DNA from: a bacterium
Lineage (GTDB): Bacteria; SAR324; NAC60-12
Reading direction: 5' to 3'
NCBI GenBank assembly: GCA_965205865.1
Contig: CBDBHR010000026.1
Span: 64,001-128,000, forward strand
DNA: 64,000 nt
Shown piece by piece: positions 1-10,222 of the stretch. A program made the translations under genes and the position numbers. The notes beneath the pieces were generated by a model. The model was not told where the DNA came from and did not search any database. It worked only from the letters and a program-made list of their open reading frames with translations. How positions within the stretch are numbered: the stretch's first letter is position 1; the number at the start of each line of letters is the position of its first letter.

Positions 1-1
1 G

Positions 2-379
2 GCTCGACAACGTAATGCTGAGCGATATTCCGACTTATTCCGGAAGAATGAGCTTGAGCAAATCCTGCTTCCGACCGCCATCTATAAAAACCGGAATCTC
101 GTCAACCCTCATATCTATAATCAATTCGTCATCCGCGTCCCGCAACGGGATGCTTTGCAAGCTTATTTAGCGCAACATCAGATCGAGACCAGGGTGTATT
201 ATCCCCTACCCCTTCACCAGCAGGGATGTTTCCAATCGCTCGGTTACCGCACAGGGGATTTTCCCGAATCTGAGAAAGCGGCTCAAGAAGTGCTGGCACT
301 ACCTGTTTATCCGGAATTGACGGAAGTCATGCAGGAATATGTGGTGGAAAAAATCTCGGAATTTTACTGGAAATCGTGA
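2..379 (+). CDS. DegT/DnrJ/EryC1/StrS family aminotransferase, 3' part (runs off window start)
   Basis: Frame open from base 2: HIYNQFVIRVPQRDALQAYL...VYYPLPLHQQ...FPESEKAAQEVLALPVYPEL, a typical DegT C-terminus. Confidence 0.9.
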   Translation, partial: ARQRNAERYSDLFRKNELEQILLPTAIYKNRNLVNPHIYNQFVIRVPQRDALQAYLAQHQIETRVYYPLPLHQQGCFQSLGYRTGDFPESEKAAQEVLALPVYPELTEVMQEYVVEKISEFYWKS

Positions 380-453
380 CTGTGTTTCAAGAATTTGGCA
401 AAGGGAATTTGCCGCAGGCGGCAGTCATCGAATTTTCCTACATCTGCTCGCTC

Positions 454-1071
454 TCATTGAACACGCAATTTCCGTTGGTTCATCTGCCAGGTGCTATAAA
501 GCCGGTAGGCTTCGGCGAGAAGGAGCGGAATGAAGTAAAGCAAAGTTACGAGGACATTGCTTTTTTCTTTGAGAAACATGTGCAGGAAAGCAAGAAAAAC
601 GGCCAGATACACCAGGCGATGCAGGTTTTTCCATTTTTTGAATCCCATTTTTTTGACCGCCCAATTCGTACTGGTGATTGCCATTGCCAGTAAAATGAGG
701 AAAGCCAGAGCACCACTGATGATGAAGGGGCGGGTAAAGTTTTCCAGCATTACTGCAAGCGTACTATAATCCAGGAGATAGATCGTGAAGTGCAGGAGTA
801 CGTAAACAAAGCAACTGACCCCCATCATCCGGCGGTGTCGCACGACGATCTTGAGCAACCTGAAATTCGGAAAGATCATCCGCAGGGGAGAAATCCACAA
901 AGTCACCAGCAAAATACGGACGGTCGTCTCACCGGTTTCCAATTGGATGAACTCTACCGGATTGGCGAAAAATCCGCCCTGCAGACCCTTGACGATTATC
1001 AAGACGCCAGGTAAGACCAGCAGGAGCAGGATGAACCATGGAGATTTAAACAAGAATTCGAGAACTTTCAT
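454..1071 (-). CDS. msrQ: Heme-binding membrane subunit of periplasmic methionine sulfoxide reductase (MsrQ/YedZ)
   Basis: Hydrophobic ferric-reductase-like protein, RRMMGVS..Y..LH and WKNLHRLVY motifs; directly downstream of msrP. Confidence 0.93.
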   Translation of the reverse strand: MKVLEFLFKSPWFILLLLVLPGVLIIVKGLQGGFFANPVEFIQLETGETTVRILLVTLWISPLRMIFPNFRLLKIVVRHRRMMGVSCFVYVLLHFTIYLLDYSTLAVMLENFTRPFIISGALAFLILLAMAITSTNWAVKKMGFKKWKNLHRLVYLAVFLAFLHMFLKEKSNVLVTLLYFIPLLLAEAYRLYSTWQMNQRKLRVQ

Positions 1072-1074
1072 CGA

Positions 1075-2025
1075 CTAGAACCACTTTTTCAAATCAAGTC
1101 CCTCGTATAGGTGCGCCACTTGCTCCCCGTATCCGTTGAATTTATGCGTGTCTTGTCGTTTGAACCAACTTCCCACGACGCGTTCCGTTTTTTGGGACCA
1201 GCGTGGATGATCCACTTCCGGGTTGACGTTGGCATAGAATCCATATTCTCTCGGGGCCATTTGATTCCATAGGTTCAGGGGCATTTGATCGGTGAATTCG
1301 ATTCTGGTGATGGATTTGATACCTTTGAAGCCATATTTCCAAGGAACGATGAGGCGGATGGGAGCTCCATTTTGACTGGGAGCGGGCTTGCCAAAAAGCC
1401 CGGTGACCATCATTGCCAGTTCATTGGTGGCTTCCCCTATGGTCAGTCCTTCGGTATAAGGCCAGGGATATGTGGGGGCTTTCACTTGACCAGGCGCCAC
1501 GCTTGGATCGTGAAATGAAACTAATTTTAAAAATTTGGCCTGCGAGGTCGGTTGCGCCATATCCACTAATTTTTTCAATGGAAATCCATCCCAGGGCACG
1601 ACCATGCTCCACGCCTCCACACAGCGATGTCGATAAATTCGTTGTTCAATTCCAATTTTCTCTACCAATTCATTGACATCAAAGGTTTGGGGATTGTGAA
1701 CCATGCCGCTGATTTCCAGGGTCCAGGGCTCGGACACGAAATTCTTGGCTTTCTTGGCCACGTCCTCCTTGTTAAAAGAAAATTCGTAAAAATTGTTGTA
1801 TCCCGTCACCAAATCTTCCTTGGTCAATTTGAGATCCGGTTGGTAGTTGGGATTGGGCTCGGATGGAAACCCAGCCGTCGCTCCCAGAGCGGACGCTGAG
1901 GGCAGTAAACCGGCAGCAAGAGTAAAACCGGCTGCTTTCAATAAGGTTCGACGCTGCAGGTAAATGGACTCGGGAGTGACTGCGGACTCGGGCAGTTCCC
2001 AATCTTTTTTAATTTGTACGAACAT
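1075..2025 (-). CDS. msrP: Molybdopterin catalytic subunit MsrP (YedY)
   Basis: Tat-like RRTLLK, YNNFYEF, RCVEAWSMVVPW, NGAPIRLIVPWKYGFK, HPRWSQ motifs. Confidence 0.96.
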   Translation of the reverse strand: MFVQIKKDWELPESAVTPESIYLQRRTLLKAAGFTLAAGLLPSASALGATAGFPSEPNPNYQPDLKLTKEDLVTGYNNFYEFSFNKEDVAKKAKNFVSEPWTLEISGMVHNPQTFDVNELVEKIGIEQRIYRHRCVEAWSMVVPWDGFPLKKLVDMAQPTSQAKFLKLVSFHDPSVAPGQVKAPTYPWPYTEGLTIGEATNELAMMVTGLFGKPAPSQNGAPIRLIVPWKYGFKGIKSITRIEFTDQMPLNLWNQMAPREYGFYANVNPEVDHPRWSQKTERVVGSWFKRQDTHKFNGYGEQVAHLYEGLDLKKWF

Positions 2026-2183
2026 AGGACCCCTTTTTGACTGATTGTTTGCGTATGATAATATGAAAAAAACTCCTCACAAGAATGTTTTCTATTGGTC
2101 TTTTTCATAGGTGAATTATTACAAAAATATCACAAAAGAACCGGGTTAGGTAGTGAGAGACAGGGAAATTCTTATTTTTTCTC

Positions 2184-2918
2184 ATGAATAATTGGGAGCA
2201 GACCGCTGCGGCTCTTGATCATCTCGGGACAATCAATTATATTAAACAATTGCGCATCGAAAATAATTTCCCACCTGGTTTTGGAAAGAAATTCATGGGG
2301 ACTCTCACTTTAGAACGAATCCGTAAAAAAGCCGAAGATTATGAAAAACGGCGTGATGAGACATCACAATTTCAAGAGCAAATCGAAGAAGCTTTTCTTG
2401 AGCGCATACGTCAAAAAGCGGAAGAACATGAAGACATGAGACAACGCGATCTGGAATGGCAGGATAATATCCAAGCCATTCGAGAAACCTACAGGCTTTC
2501 AGACACAGAGATGAAAACTATTATCCGGGAAGTGGAACATGAAGAATCAGACCCGCCTGTGGAGCAACAACCCGAGTTCGTTGAAACGAGTCTTTTTGAC
2601 CAGTTGACATCCCTATTCTTCTCACCCAGGGGCCGAATTGGCAGAGGTGTCTTTGCTTTGTCTTTGATAGCAACTGCCATTTTTCAAGGAATGGTAGTTT
2701 CAATATCCTCTTTAGGATTCTTACCGATAGGATTACTGGGCTTGGTTGCCACATACAGTCAATTTATCCTTTCGATCAAACGCTTTCACGATATGGGCAA
2801 ATCGGGATGGCTCACCCTTTTGTATTTTATTCCGTTACTCAATATATTTGTCTTCTTATATCTGCTTTTATTCCAAGGAAGCGAAGGTCCCAACCGTTTT
2901 GATGAAGAAGAAGATTGA
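2184..2918 (+). CDS. DUF805-domain membrane protein with N-terminal charged extension (true start possibly ATG 2295)
   Basis: FSPRGRIGR...IKRFHDMGKSGW...GSEGPNRF is the DUF805 pattern. Confidence 0.8.
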   Translation: MNNWEQTAAALDHLGTINYIKQLRIENNFPPGFGKKFMGTLTLERIRKKAEDYEKRRDETSQFQEQIEEAFLERIRQKAEEHEDMRQRDLEWQDNIQAIRETYRLSDTEMKTIIREVEHEESDPPVEQQPEFVETSLFDQLTSLFFSPRGRIGRGVFALSLIATAIFQGMVVSISSLGFLPIGLLGLVATYSQFILSIKRFHDMGKSGWLTLLYFIPLLNIFVFLYLLLFQGSEGPNRFDEEED

Positions 2919-2981
2919 GTGGCAATCTTTTTTGCAACTGGTGCTTAATTGTACTTTTGTTTCAATTAATTTATTGTGCGC

Positions 2982-3170
2982 TTACCGGTTGAAAGGGGAG
3001 AGTATCCTGGCCAGGAGACCTGGTTTGCGTTTCTTCGTTGGGGGGGAATAGTCTGGGCTTGCATCGAATTCTGCCACGAGGAAGTCGATCTCATCACGGC
3101 TGAGGAATTCCGGGATAACGCAGAAGCCCCGTTCTTCGAGCTGAGGAGGTGATTGCTTTGAAATCAGTCA
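2982..3170 (-). pseudogene. Short remnant resembling the N-terminus of a PhyH-type dioxygenase
   Basis: Alternative frame reads QLEERGFCVIPEFLSRDEIDFLVAEF; out of frame with the upstream ATG and ends after ~55 aa. Confidence 0.3.
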
Positions 3171-3227
3171 TGAGTGTACCTATAGTGATCAGATTCAGGT
3201 TTGTCCTGGCATGAAAATTGGCGAGGT

Positions 3228-3317
3228 TGTCATTCCTGGCAATCCCGGACTTGATCCGGGACCAGGAATCCAGGGTTCGTTTCAATACCCTGGATCCTTG
3301 CATTCGCGAGGATGACA
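3228..3317. repeat. REP/RPE-like palindromic element (TGTCATTCC...GGATGACA type)
   Basis: Nested hairpins TTCCTGG-CAA-TCCCGGACTTGATCCGGGA-CCAGGAA and ATCCAGGG..CCCTGGAT; same family as 42386-42463. Confidence 0.75.
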
Positions 3318-3436
3318 TACACCCAAAAAATGTGCCAGGACAATCCAAATTCGGGTTACTATACCTTTCTGAATGATAATGTTATGGACTGCGTCACCGG
3401 TGACCGGCCGCAGCGCTGGAGTTTAGCGTCCTTGGG

Positions 3437-3580
3437 TTATTTCAGAGCCTTCTTCGTCTTCTCGGCTCCAAAGCGCCCCACACCGCCCCTCAGGCTGGGG
3501 TCGAGCAGGTCTCTCAGCGCGTCGCTGAACATGTTGAGACTGTAAACGGTAATCGTCAGGGCAAGACCCGGCCAGAGCGC
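3437..3580 (-). pseudogene. C-terminal fragment of a DppC/OppC-type ABC permease
   Basis: Reads ALWPGLALTITVYSLNMFSDALRDLLDPSLRGGVGRFGAEKTKKALK*, paralogous to the end of 4808-5755. Confidence 0.85.
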
Positions 3581-3669
3581 CTGCCGTGGGGCCATCTCCA
3601 TTGAAGCCCTTCCCATACGAGCATCCCCCCCAGCTGGGAACCTTGATGGGCAGCCCGAATCCCAGGAAG

Positions 3670-3790
3670 CTCAGAGAAGCTTTTCAGGAAGCTCTCACTA
3701 GTGATCCTCACCAACAGCGGCCTTGGGTGGTGCTGGTCGATGGCGAAGTGAAACAACTGGAGCGTATCTAACAGGTGGCTGCCGGCATGC
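3670..3790 (+). pseudogene. Transposase fragment, ISKra4-like
   Basis: [33 protein letters not shown] resembles the recalled RDP..R.WV.LVDG motif of ISKra4-family transposases; internal stop. Confidence 0.55.
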
Positions 3791-3852
3791 GACGCAGCGC
3801 CACTTTCATAGTTCTCTAATTTCATAGGCAAATCTCCAAATGAAGAGTTAAT

Positions 3853-4779
3853 TTAATTGGGTTTCATCTCTCCCATGCCATACTGACCACGGGCGACAAA
3901 TTCGCCTTTGGGCGCATCAATACCGCCGTAGCCATTGAACGGTTTGAAGCCTATCAAAGCTAACAGCTCCTCAGAGGCCTCTGCCAGCACTTCAGGGGAG
4001 GTGCCCAGTAAGAAATTCTCCTGTTGCCGGAATTGCGGGGCGCAGAAGTTGGTCGTCAGACCGATCCGGGGTTGATCGCTGCAGTTGACCCCGGTCGAAT
4101 GCCAGAGACGTCCTTCGAAAAACAGGGCGGATCCTGCGGGCGCTTCTACTGAGATCCAATTGGCCTCTTCATCGAGTTCAGGGTCGGGTTGACGGCCGAA
4201 GAGATGGCTGCCGGGGACGACAAGAGTGGCCCCATTGTCTTCCCGAAAATCATCGAGCATCCACATGGCATTGCAGACAAAGGCGGGGGCGATGGCAGGC
4301 AGGTTCATGGTGTTCTCTCCCCCCACATGGTGTCCCCGATACTCTTCAGCCGTGATGGACCCAGGCTTAATCAGTGTCTTTTTCCGGCCATTGGTTGGAG
4401 GGAGCATCCACCATTGATCGGTATGAAATACCTTGCTGCCCCCCGAGTGGGCAATATGACCGTTATAGGAATTGAGCAAATAGACGGACCCCAAAATGTG
4501 AGCGATCATCTCCCGGATGCCGGGGTGGAACAACAAGTCGCGAAACCCTTGCCCTTTGTTGATTAAAAAAGCGACGAGTTGTTTCTTGTCTTTCAACAGG
4601 GTAGTGATGCCCTGTTGCGCTTCTGCTTCTGCTTGTTCCAGCAGTCGTGCGCGCAAGGCAGCGGCTTCCTCCGGACGGATGGCATTGGCCAGGATGCAGT
4701 AGCCAAACTCATCCAGATGGGCTTTGGCGATGGTCAGGTCCGTGGTGGGTTGTGGGTAGTTTTTGTTGGTATGGGTCAT
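3853..4779 (-). CDS. Phytanoyl-CoA dioxygenase (PhyH) family Fe(II)/2-oxoglutarate dioxygenase
   Basis: GYCILANAI, HTD motif, DDF..DNGATLVVPGSH, GRLWHSTGVN...R. Confidence 0.9.
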   Translation of the reverse strand: MTHTNKNYPQPTTDLTIAKAHLDEFGYCILANAIRPEEAAALRARLLEQAEAEAQQGITTLLKDKKQLVAFLINKGQGFRDLLFHPGIREMIAHILGSVYLLNSYNGHIAHSGGSKVFHTDQWWMLPPTNGRKKTLIKPGSITAEEYRGHHVGGENTMNLPAIAPAFVCNAMWMLDDFREDNGATLVVPGSHLFGRQPDPELDEEANWISVEAPAGSALFFEGRLWHSTGVNCSDQPRIGLTTNFCAPQFRQQENFLLGTSPEVLAEASEELLALIGFKPFNGYGGIDAPKGEFVARGQYGMGEMKPN

Positions 4780-4807
4780 AGGAGTCTTTCTTTGCTTAGA
4801 GGCTGTA

Positions 4808-5755
4808 TCACTTTTTTTTACTTTTGTAGCTACCGGTCCCCCCTCTCAAACTGGGGTCAAGTAGGTCTCTGACGGCATCCCCGAGCATATTAATGCTATA
4901 TACCGCAATAGCGAGGGAGAGACCAGGCCATAGGGCAAGCCAGGGCGACCGCAGCATGTATTTGAGTCCGCCTCCGCTGAGCATGCCCCCCCAGCTGGGA
5001 GTGGGGGGAGGAATACCGAAGCCTAAGAAGCTGATAGTGGACTCTTCTATAATCATCCAGGCCATTCGTGTCGTCAGCAGGACAATGATGGGCGCCATCA
5101 CATTAGGCAGGACATGTCGTAAAAGAATGGCAAAATTGGTAGCACCAACGCCCCGTGCCGCTAACACATACTGGTTCTCTTTAATGCCAATAACCGCCCC
5201 TCGTATTATCCTGGAGCCGCCTATGCCGGTTGTAACGCCCAGAACGAGGATCACCTGCAACAGGCCAGGTCCGAGCACCGCCATCACGCTCAGGACTAAA
5301 AACAAACCCGGGAAGCACATCCAGGCATCAACGAAGCGCTGGGTCACCATGTCAAATCTGCCACCGAGATATCCGGATAAGATGCCAATCATTGCAGAGA
5401 TGATGGTGGCCAGAGCGGAAGCAGCCAGACCTACGGTCATGGAGATACGGGCGCCATGAATAACGCGAGTGAAGGTATCTCGTCCGAGTTCATCCGTGCC
5501 CATAAGATGTTTGAAAGAAGGGGATTGGAGTCTATTAATCAGATTAATTTCATCCCTGGCATAAGGGGTCAGCACGTCGGCACAAATCCCGGTCAGGATC
5601 AAGAGGATCACCAACACGCCACCCACCGTGCCCAAGGGCTTCTCTCTCACCAGTCTTATCACCAGATCGACCAGCAGAGACCGTCTCTTTGGCTCGTTCA
5701 ACACCCCCGGTGTGGTTTCTCCAACTGTTGCTGCTTTGCTTTCTCGATTCATCAC
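4808..5755 (-). CDS. Peptide/nickel ABC transporter permease (DppC/OppC-like)
   Basis: GTDELGRDTFTRVIHGARIS, RHVLPN, SFLGFGIPPPTPSWGGML. Confidence 0.93.
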   Translation of the reverse strand: MMNRESKAATVGETTPGVLNEPKRRSLLVDLVIRLVREKPLGTVGGVLVILLILTGICADVLTPYARDEINLINRLQSPSFKHLMGTDELGRDTFTRVIHGARISMTVGLAASALATIISAMIGILSGYLGGRFDMVTQRFVDAWMCFPGLFLVLSVMAVLGPGLLQVILVLGVTTGIGGSRIIRGAVIGIKENQYVLAARGVGATNFAILLRHVLPNVMAPIIVLLTTRMAWMIIEESTISFLGFGIPPPTPSWGGMLSGGGLKYMLRSPWLALWPGLSLAIAVYSINMLGDAVRDLLDPSLRGGTGSYKSKKK

Positions 5756-5841
5756 GTAATTCCGGGATTCAAATAGGTCTATAGGTATTCAGAAAATTAC
5801 TCCCATGGCGAATGTAGGGTGCTGCTGAATTTCTCTAATTG

Positions 5842-5936
5842 ACCCACCCCTAACCCCTCCAAGGAGGGTAATTTTACTAGGACTGACGGCCAAATCCCCT
5901 CTTGGGAGGGGGGGACTGCGTAGCGGTGGGGAGGGT
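5842..5936. repeat. REP-like GC-rich palindromic intergenic element
   Basis: ACCCACCCCTAACCCCTCCAAGGAGGG...TCCCCTCTTGGGAGGGG...GGTGGGGAGGGT; two hairpins inside an imperfect outer inverted repeat. Confidence 0.65.
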
Positions 5937-5974
5937 TTTCTGTTAGACTTATCTCAAGTCAAAGAGCAGATTGA

Positions 5975-6922
5975 CTAACGATACTTAATCCTGGGATCCA
6001 AATAGCCATAGCTCAAGTCAAAGAGCAGATTGAGGAACACAACAAACATGGCAATCAACACGTTGAGTCCGGCCAGGGCCACGTAGTCTCGATGACCGAT
6101 AGCGATCAGCAGGTAACGTCCCAAGCCAGGCAGGTTGAATATCTGCTCCAAAACAACCGTTCCTCCGATCAATGACGGGATCATCACCGATATCAGACTG
6201 ATGACAGGGATCAGTGAATTTTTCAAGGCATGCCTCAGGATGACCACTCTCTCCCTAAGCCCTTTTGACCAGGCCGTTCTGATGTAGTCCTGCCGCAGGA
6301 CCTCCAGCATCATGCTGCGGGTCATTCTCGTGAGCGTCCCCGCCAGAAGCATGCCCAGAATGGTAGCCGGAATGAGGAATTGGAACAGGTTTCCCGCGGG
6401 GTCATCGGTAAATGCAATGTATTCCAGGTGCGGCGTCCAGTTCCACCAGATCGAGGGGTATACCATGATTATTATTGCGAGCCAGAAGCTCGGCACGCAA
6501 ATAGCAAGGGTTGCTGCTGAGCGGGTGATATAGTCGCCTGCAGTATCCTGCCGCATCGCCGAATAGGTGCCGATGGGCACGCCTATCAGCATCGAGATTA
6601 TCAATACCATTAGACCCAGCTCAAAGGAGACTGGAATTCGAGGCACAATTTCATCAATCACCGGACGGGATGTCCAAAGCGAGTTCCCCAGATCTCCGCG
6701 CAGCAACGGCCCAAACCAGCGTGCGAAGCGGATATGGACGGGTTGATCTAAACCCATGGACGCCTTGATCTTATCAAGATCCAAGGCGCTATACTCCATT
6801 TGTCCAAACTGCGCATCCACCACATCGCCCGGAATCAGCTGGAACATCAAAAAGACGATGAGCACCACAAAAAAAACGGTCGGCAATAGGAGCAACAATC
6901 TTCTGATAATATAGCCCGTCAT
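5975..6922 (-). CDS. Peptide/nickel ABC transporter permease (DppB/OppB-like)
   Basis: YIIRRLL, GDLGNSL, RSMMLEVLRQDYIRTAWSKGL, HALKNSLIPV, DPRIKY. Confidence 0.94.
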   Translation of the reverse strand: MTGYIIRRLLLLLPTVFFVVLIVFLMFQLIPGDVVDAQFGQMEYSALDLDKIKASMGLDQPVHIRFARWFGPLLRGDLGNSLWTSRPVIDEIVPRIPVSFELGLMVLIISMLIGVPIGTYSAMRQDTAGDYITRSAATLAICVPSFWLAIIIMVYPSIWWNWTPHLEYIAFTDDPAGNLFQFLIPATILGMLLAGTLTRMTRSMMLEVLRQDYIRTAWSKGLRERVVILRHALKNSLIPVISLISVMIPSLIGGTVVLEQIFNLPGLGRYLLIAIGHRDYVALAGLNVLIAMFVVFLNLLFDLSYGYLDPRIKYR

Positions 6923-6961
6923 AACCCTTTGCTAAGTACCGCTCATCAGAAATAAGTGACC

Positions 6962-7170
6962 ATTATCCGAGGTTCCGCAAAATATGGGGACACGTAACAG
7001 CTGTGATCTTGTTCATTGTTAAAAACTCGTTGGTTGTACATGTCCCGTTCCACGTCGGCCATATTTTGCTCTATTATCCGAGGTTCCGCAAAATATGGGG
7101 ACACGTAACAGCAGTGATCTTGTTCATTGTTAAAAACTCGCTGGTTGTACATGTCCCCATATTTTGCTCT
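6962..7170. repeat. Tandem pair (111 + 98 bp) of long palindromic units
   Basis: Units 6962-7072 and 7073-7170 are near-identical (unit 1 has a 13-bp insertion); each has arms GCAAAATATGGGGACA / TGTCCCCATATTTTGC. Confidence 0.9.
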
Positions 7171-8106
7171 ATTTGGACACTTTTTTATGAATTGCCGTAC
7201 TAAGTTCGTATTGTATTCATTGTGTTTAAACACAGGGATCGAACTGTTTGCCCGACCCCTGTATTGCTGAATTGTCAAACCTGTAGGCTCAAGCTATTTT
7301 CCCATCTTCTTTTTCATATCCTGGTCAATCCAGAGGCGGGCATCTTTGGCACCCCAATAAAAGTTACCGGGTACTCCTCCTTCCTCAAAACCTTGGAACC
7401 ACGGCTGAGCGACGGTATAGCTTGCTCCCTGAGGCATGCTCACGAAAAAGGACTGTTCCATGGCTCGCCAGTTCATTTGCTTGGTGATCTCTCAGCGCTT
7501 CTCATTGTTGAATTCAGCGCCTGCCTTGGCGTACATTTCGTTGTACTTCTTGTCATTGGTTATGCTCAGGTTATAGAGATAGCCCGGTGTGAAGGGAGTC
7601 GTTGTATCAAAAGTGCTGGACCACCAATGCCAGTGAACGACCATCTGATCGTACGTTTTGCCCAATCGCACCGTATTGTAGTCTGTCGGTTCACGACTGT
7701 CGATTTTGACCTCGATGCCTACTTGGGCCATGTAGGCTTGAAAAATCTGTGTGAGTTCCGTATGAGCTTACACTTGCAGCCAGTATGTTCGTCTTAAATC
7801 TGATGCCGTCCGCACCCCGAGGATGCCCCGCGGCATCGAGAAGTTCCTCTGCCTTTTCGGGGTTATAACCAAGGATCTCCTTGACACTCATCCCGGCCGG
7901 ATTGTCCTCAGGCCAAAGCGGCGCGTCAGGGTACTCCTCGGGCGGGACGTAGGTTGGCCAGCCTGGGTACATCAAGGTTAAGGGACTCTGGATGACATCA
8001 CCTTCAAAGATGATTGCGGCCACTGCCTGCTTGTCCATAGCCAGATTCATCGCCTGACGTACCCTCACATCGTCAAAAGGCGGAGTATCGCTTCTCGGTT
8101 TAAATA

Positions 8107-10222
8107 GTGCTTGGCCGAAAAATACTCAAATTGCTGATATTAAATGACAATTCTTCAATTTCACAGGATGAAGATTGGTTTGATGCAGTGTTCAGATGGC
8201 CAAAATCAGCAATAAATGGGATTTTTATGAGTTTCTCCAAAATCTTCGTTTCTTAAAAACAGGTGAATACCATTTAATATCATGTAAAGTCTTTCATTAA
8301 TTATATCAAGATGATAAACTGATATTTGTGACGCGAAGATTTGAAAAAACCCGAGTTTGCGCCACCTCGCATGAAGGGTCAATCGTTGCAGTTACAGTAT
8401 CTTCGGACTGGTTTCTTTCGTTTTTCCGTAAATCTTCAAGATTTGAAATTTTATGCGCACCATACGTGACCCCCAGATGAAGTTCGGCGAAGTCGACATT
8501 GCCGCCATCGAGTTGGATCTAAAATCCCGTGATGACATCCCCCTATCCTTCGCGGTTTGCAATACATATACGCCACGCCAGCATTACGCGCATCGGTATT
8601 CAAGGTTCTGGAACGGGTCATCCCCTCGCGAAGCGGCCCGGGCCTGAGCAACGAAGACAGGCATCGCAAAGCGGACCCCCGTCTTGGGCGTCCCGGGATG
8701 GAGCAGTGGAAGATTCTGGTGCTTGGCGTACTGCGCCTGGGTCTCAACAGCGATTACGACCGCATCCATGAGTTGGCTAACCATCACGACACCATCCGGC
8801 AGATGCTCGGACATGGTGGGTGGGAGGATAAAACGACATACAACCGGCAGACGATCAAGGATAACCTGCGTCTCTTCACACCTGAGATTCTCGATGAGAT
8901 CAATCAGTTGGTTATCAAAGTCGGACATGGGCTGGTAAAAAAAAACGCCCCAAAAGATGGGCCAACCCGAATTCGCACGGAGAAGAAGATTGAACTTCAT
9001 GATTCAAGCAAGGCGCTACGTGCACGCTGCGACTCCTTTGTGGTTGAAACCAATGTACATTATCCGACCGACATCAACCTGCTCTTCGACGCCGTACGTA
9101 AGACGGTTGAAGAATGCGCCAGACTTTCACAGAGTTGCCAGTTGGAGGGCTGGCGACAATATCGGAACAACCTCAGGAAGTTCAAAAAGCAGTATCGTCT
9201 CATCCAAAAGCTCAGGCTCTCCACTTCGAAAGTTGAGCAAATAAAGCGTGCCCGTGAAGAAAAGAGGCGCAAGGAATATCTCAAATACGTCCTCATGGCC
9301 AATGGGTATCAACTGCGAGTCCGGACAAGCCTGGAACTTTTGGAAAAACGGGTGCGCTCCTCCAAACTGCTACGCTTGCGGGAGTACATGGGCTATGCAA
9401 AAAAACTCATGAGCCAAATCATCCGCAGGGTGTGCTGCGACGAAACCATCCCTCATCATGAAAAAATCTTCTCCATCTTCGAGCCCCACACCGAGTGGAT
9501 CAGCAAGGGCAAGGCGGGAGTGCCGGTGGAACTCGGACTCAGGGTCAACCTCATTGAGGACCAGCATCAATTCATCCTTCACCATCAGGTGATGCGCAGG
9601 CAGACCGATGAGAAGGTGGCCGTGGAAATCGTCGAAGAAACCAAAAAACGCTTCCCCGAGCTTGCGGTCGTGAGTTGGGACAAGGGCGCTCACAGCCCAC
9701 AGAATCAGCGTGAACTCAAAGCACTGCTGGATCTTGTCGTGCTTCCCAAAAAAGGCAAGTTGAGCAAAGCAGACCGGCAGAGAGAAAATTCCCGGGAATT
9801 CAAACTCCTGCGCCGCCAACACTCTGCGGTCGAATCCGCTATCAACGCTCTGGAAGTGCACGGACTCGACCGATGTCCGGATCATGGAATCAAGGGGTTC
9901 GAACGCTATGTCGCTCTGGCTGTGCTTGCAAAAAACATCCACCGTCTCGGCACCGTCCTGCGTGAACAACAAAAAGAACGGAAGCGTCGTAAACGAGGAC
10001 CCTACAAAAAAGCGGCCTGAACCCAAAAGTGACTCCCCATTCTGAAACAAGAGGGGAGGCCGGGAGGGGGGGGCGAGTGTCCAAAAATAGGGAGGGTAAC
10101 AAAAAATTAGGGATCCCAAAGAAAAATAGCTTCAATTCTCTAAAATATGGCTTGTTCAAAAACAAATGTTCTCGCGGATTCTACACTTCCTATTAGTAAA
10201 ATTGTATTTTTCTGTCAGGCAC
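8107..10222 (+). mobile_element. Insertion sequence (ISNCY/IS5-like), 2116 bp
   Basis: TIRs GTGCTTGGCCGAAAAATAC / revcomp GTGCCTGACAGAAAAATAC; 6-bp target duplication TAAATA at 8101-8106 and 10223-10228. Confidence 0.92.
8453..10020 (+). pseudogene. DDE transposase (ISNCY-like) with a frameshift near 8545
   Basis: MRTIRDPQMKFGEVDI..SRDDIP continues in another frame as LRGLQYIY; RCDSFVVETNVHYPTD, HTEWISKGK, RRQHSAVESAINALE. Confidence 0.85.

Noticed and set aside
6962-7170. CRISPR array
   Set aside because: Only two ~100-bp units, no unique spacers, no cas genes
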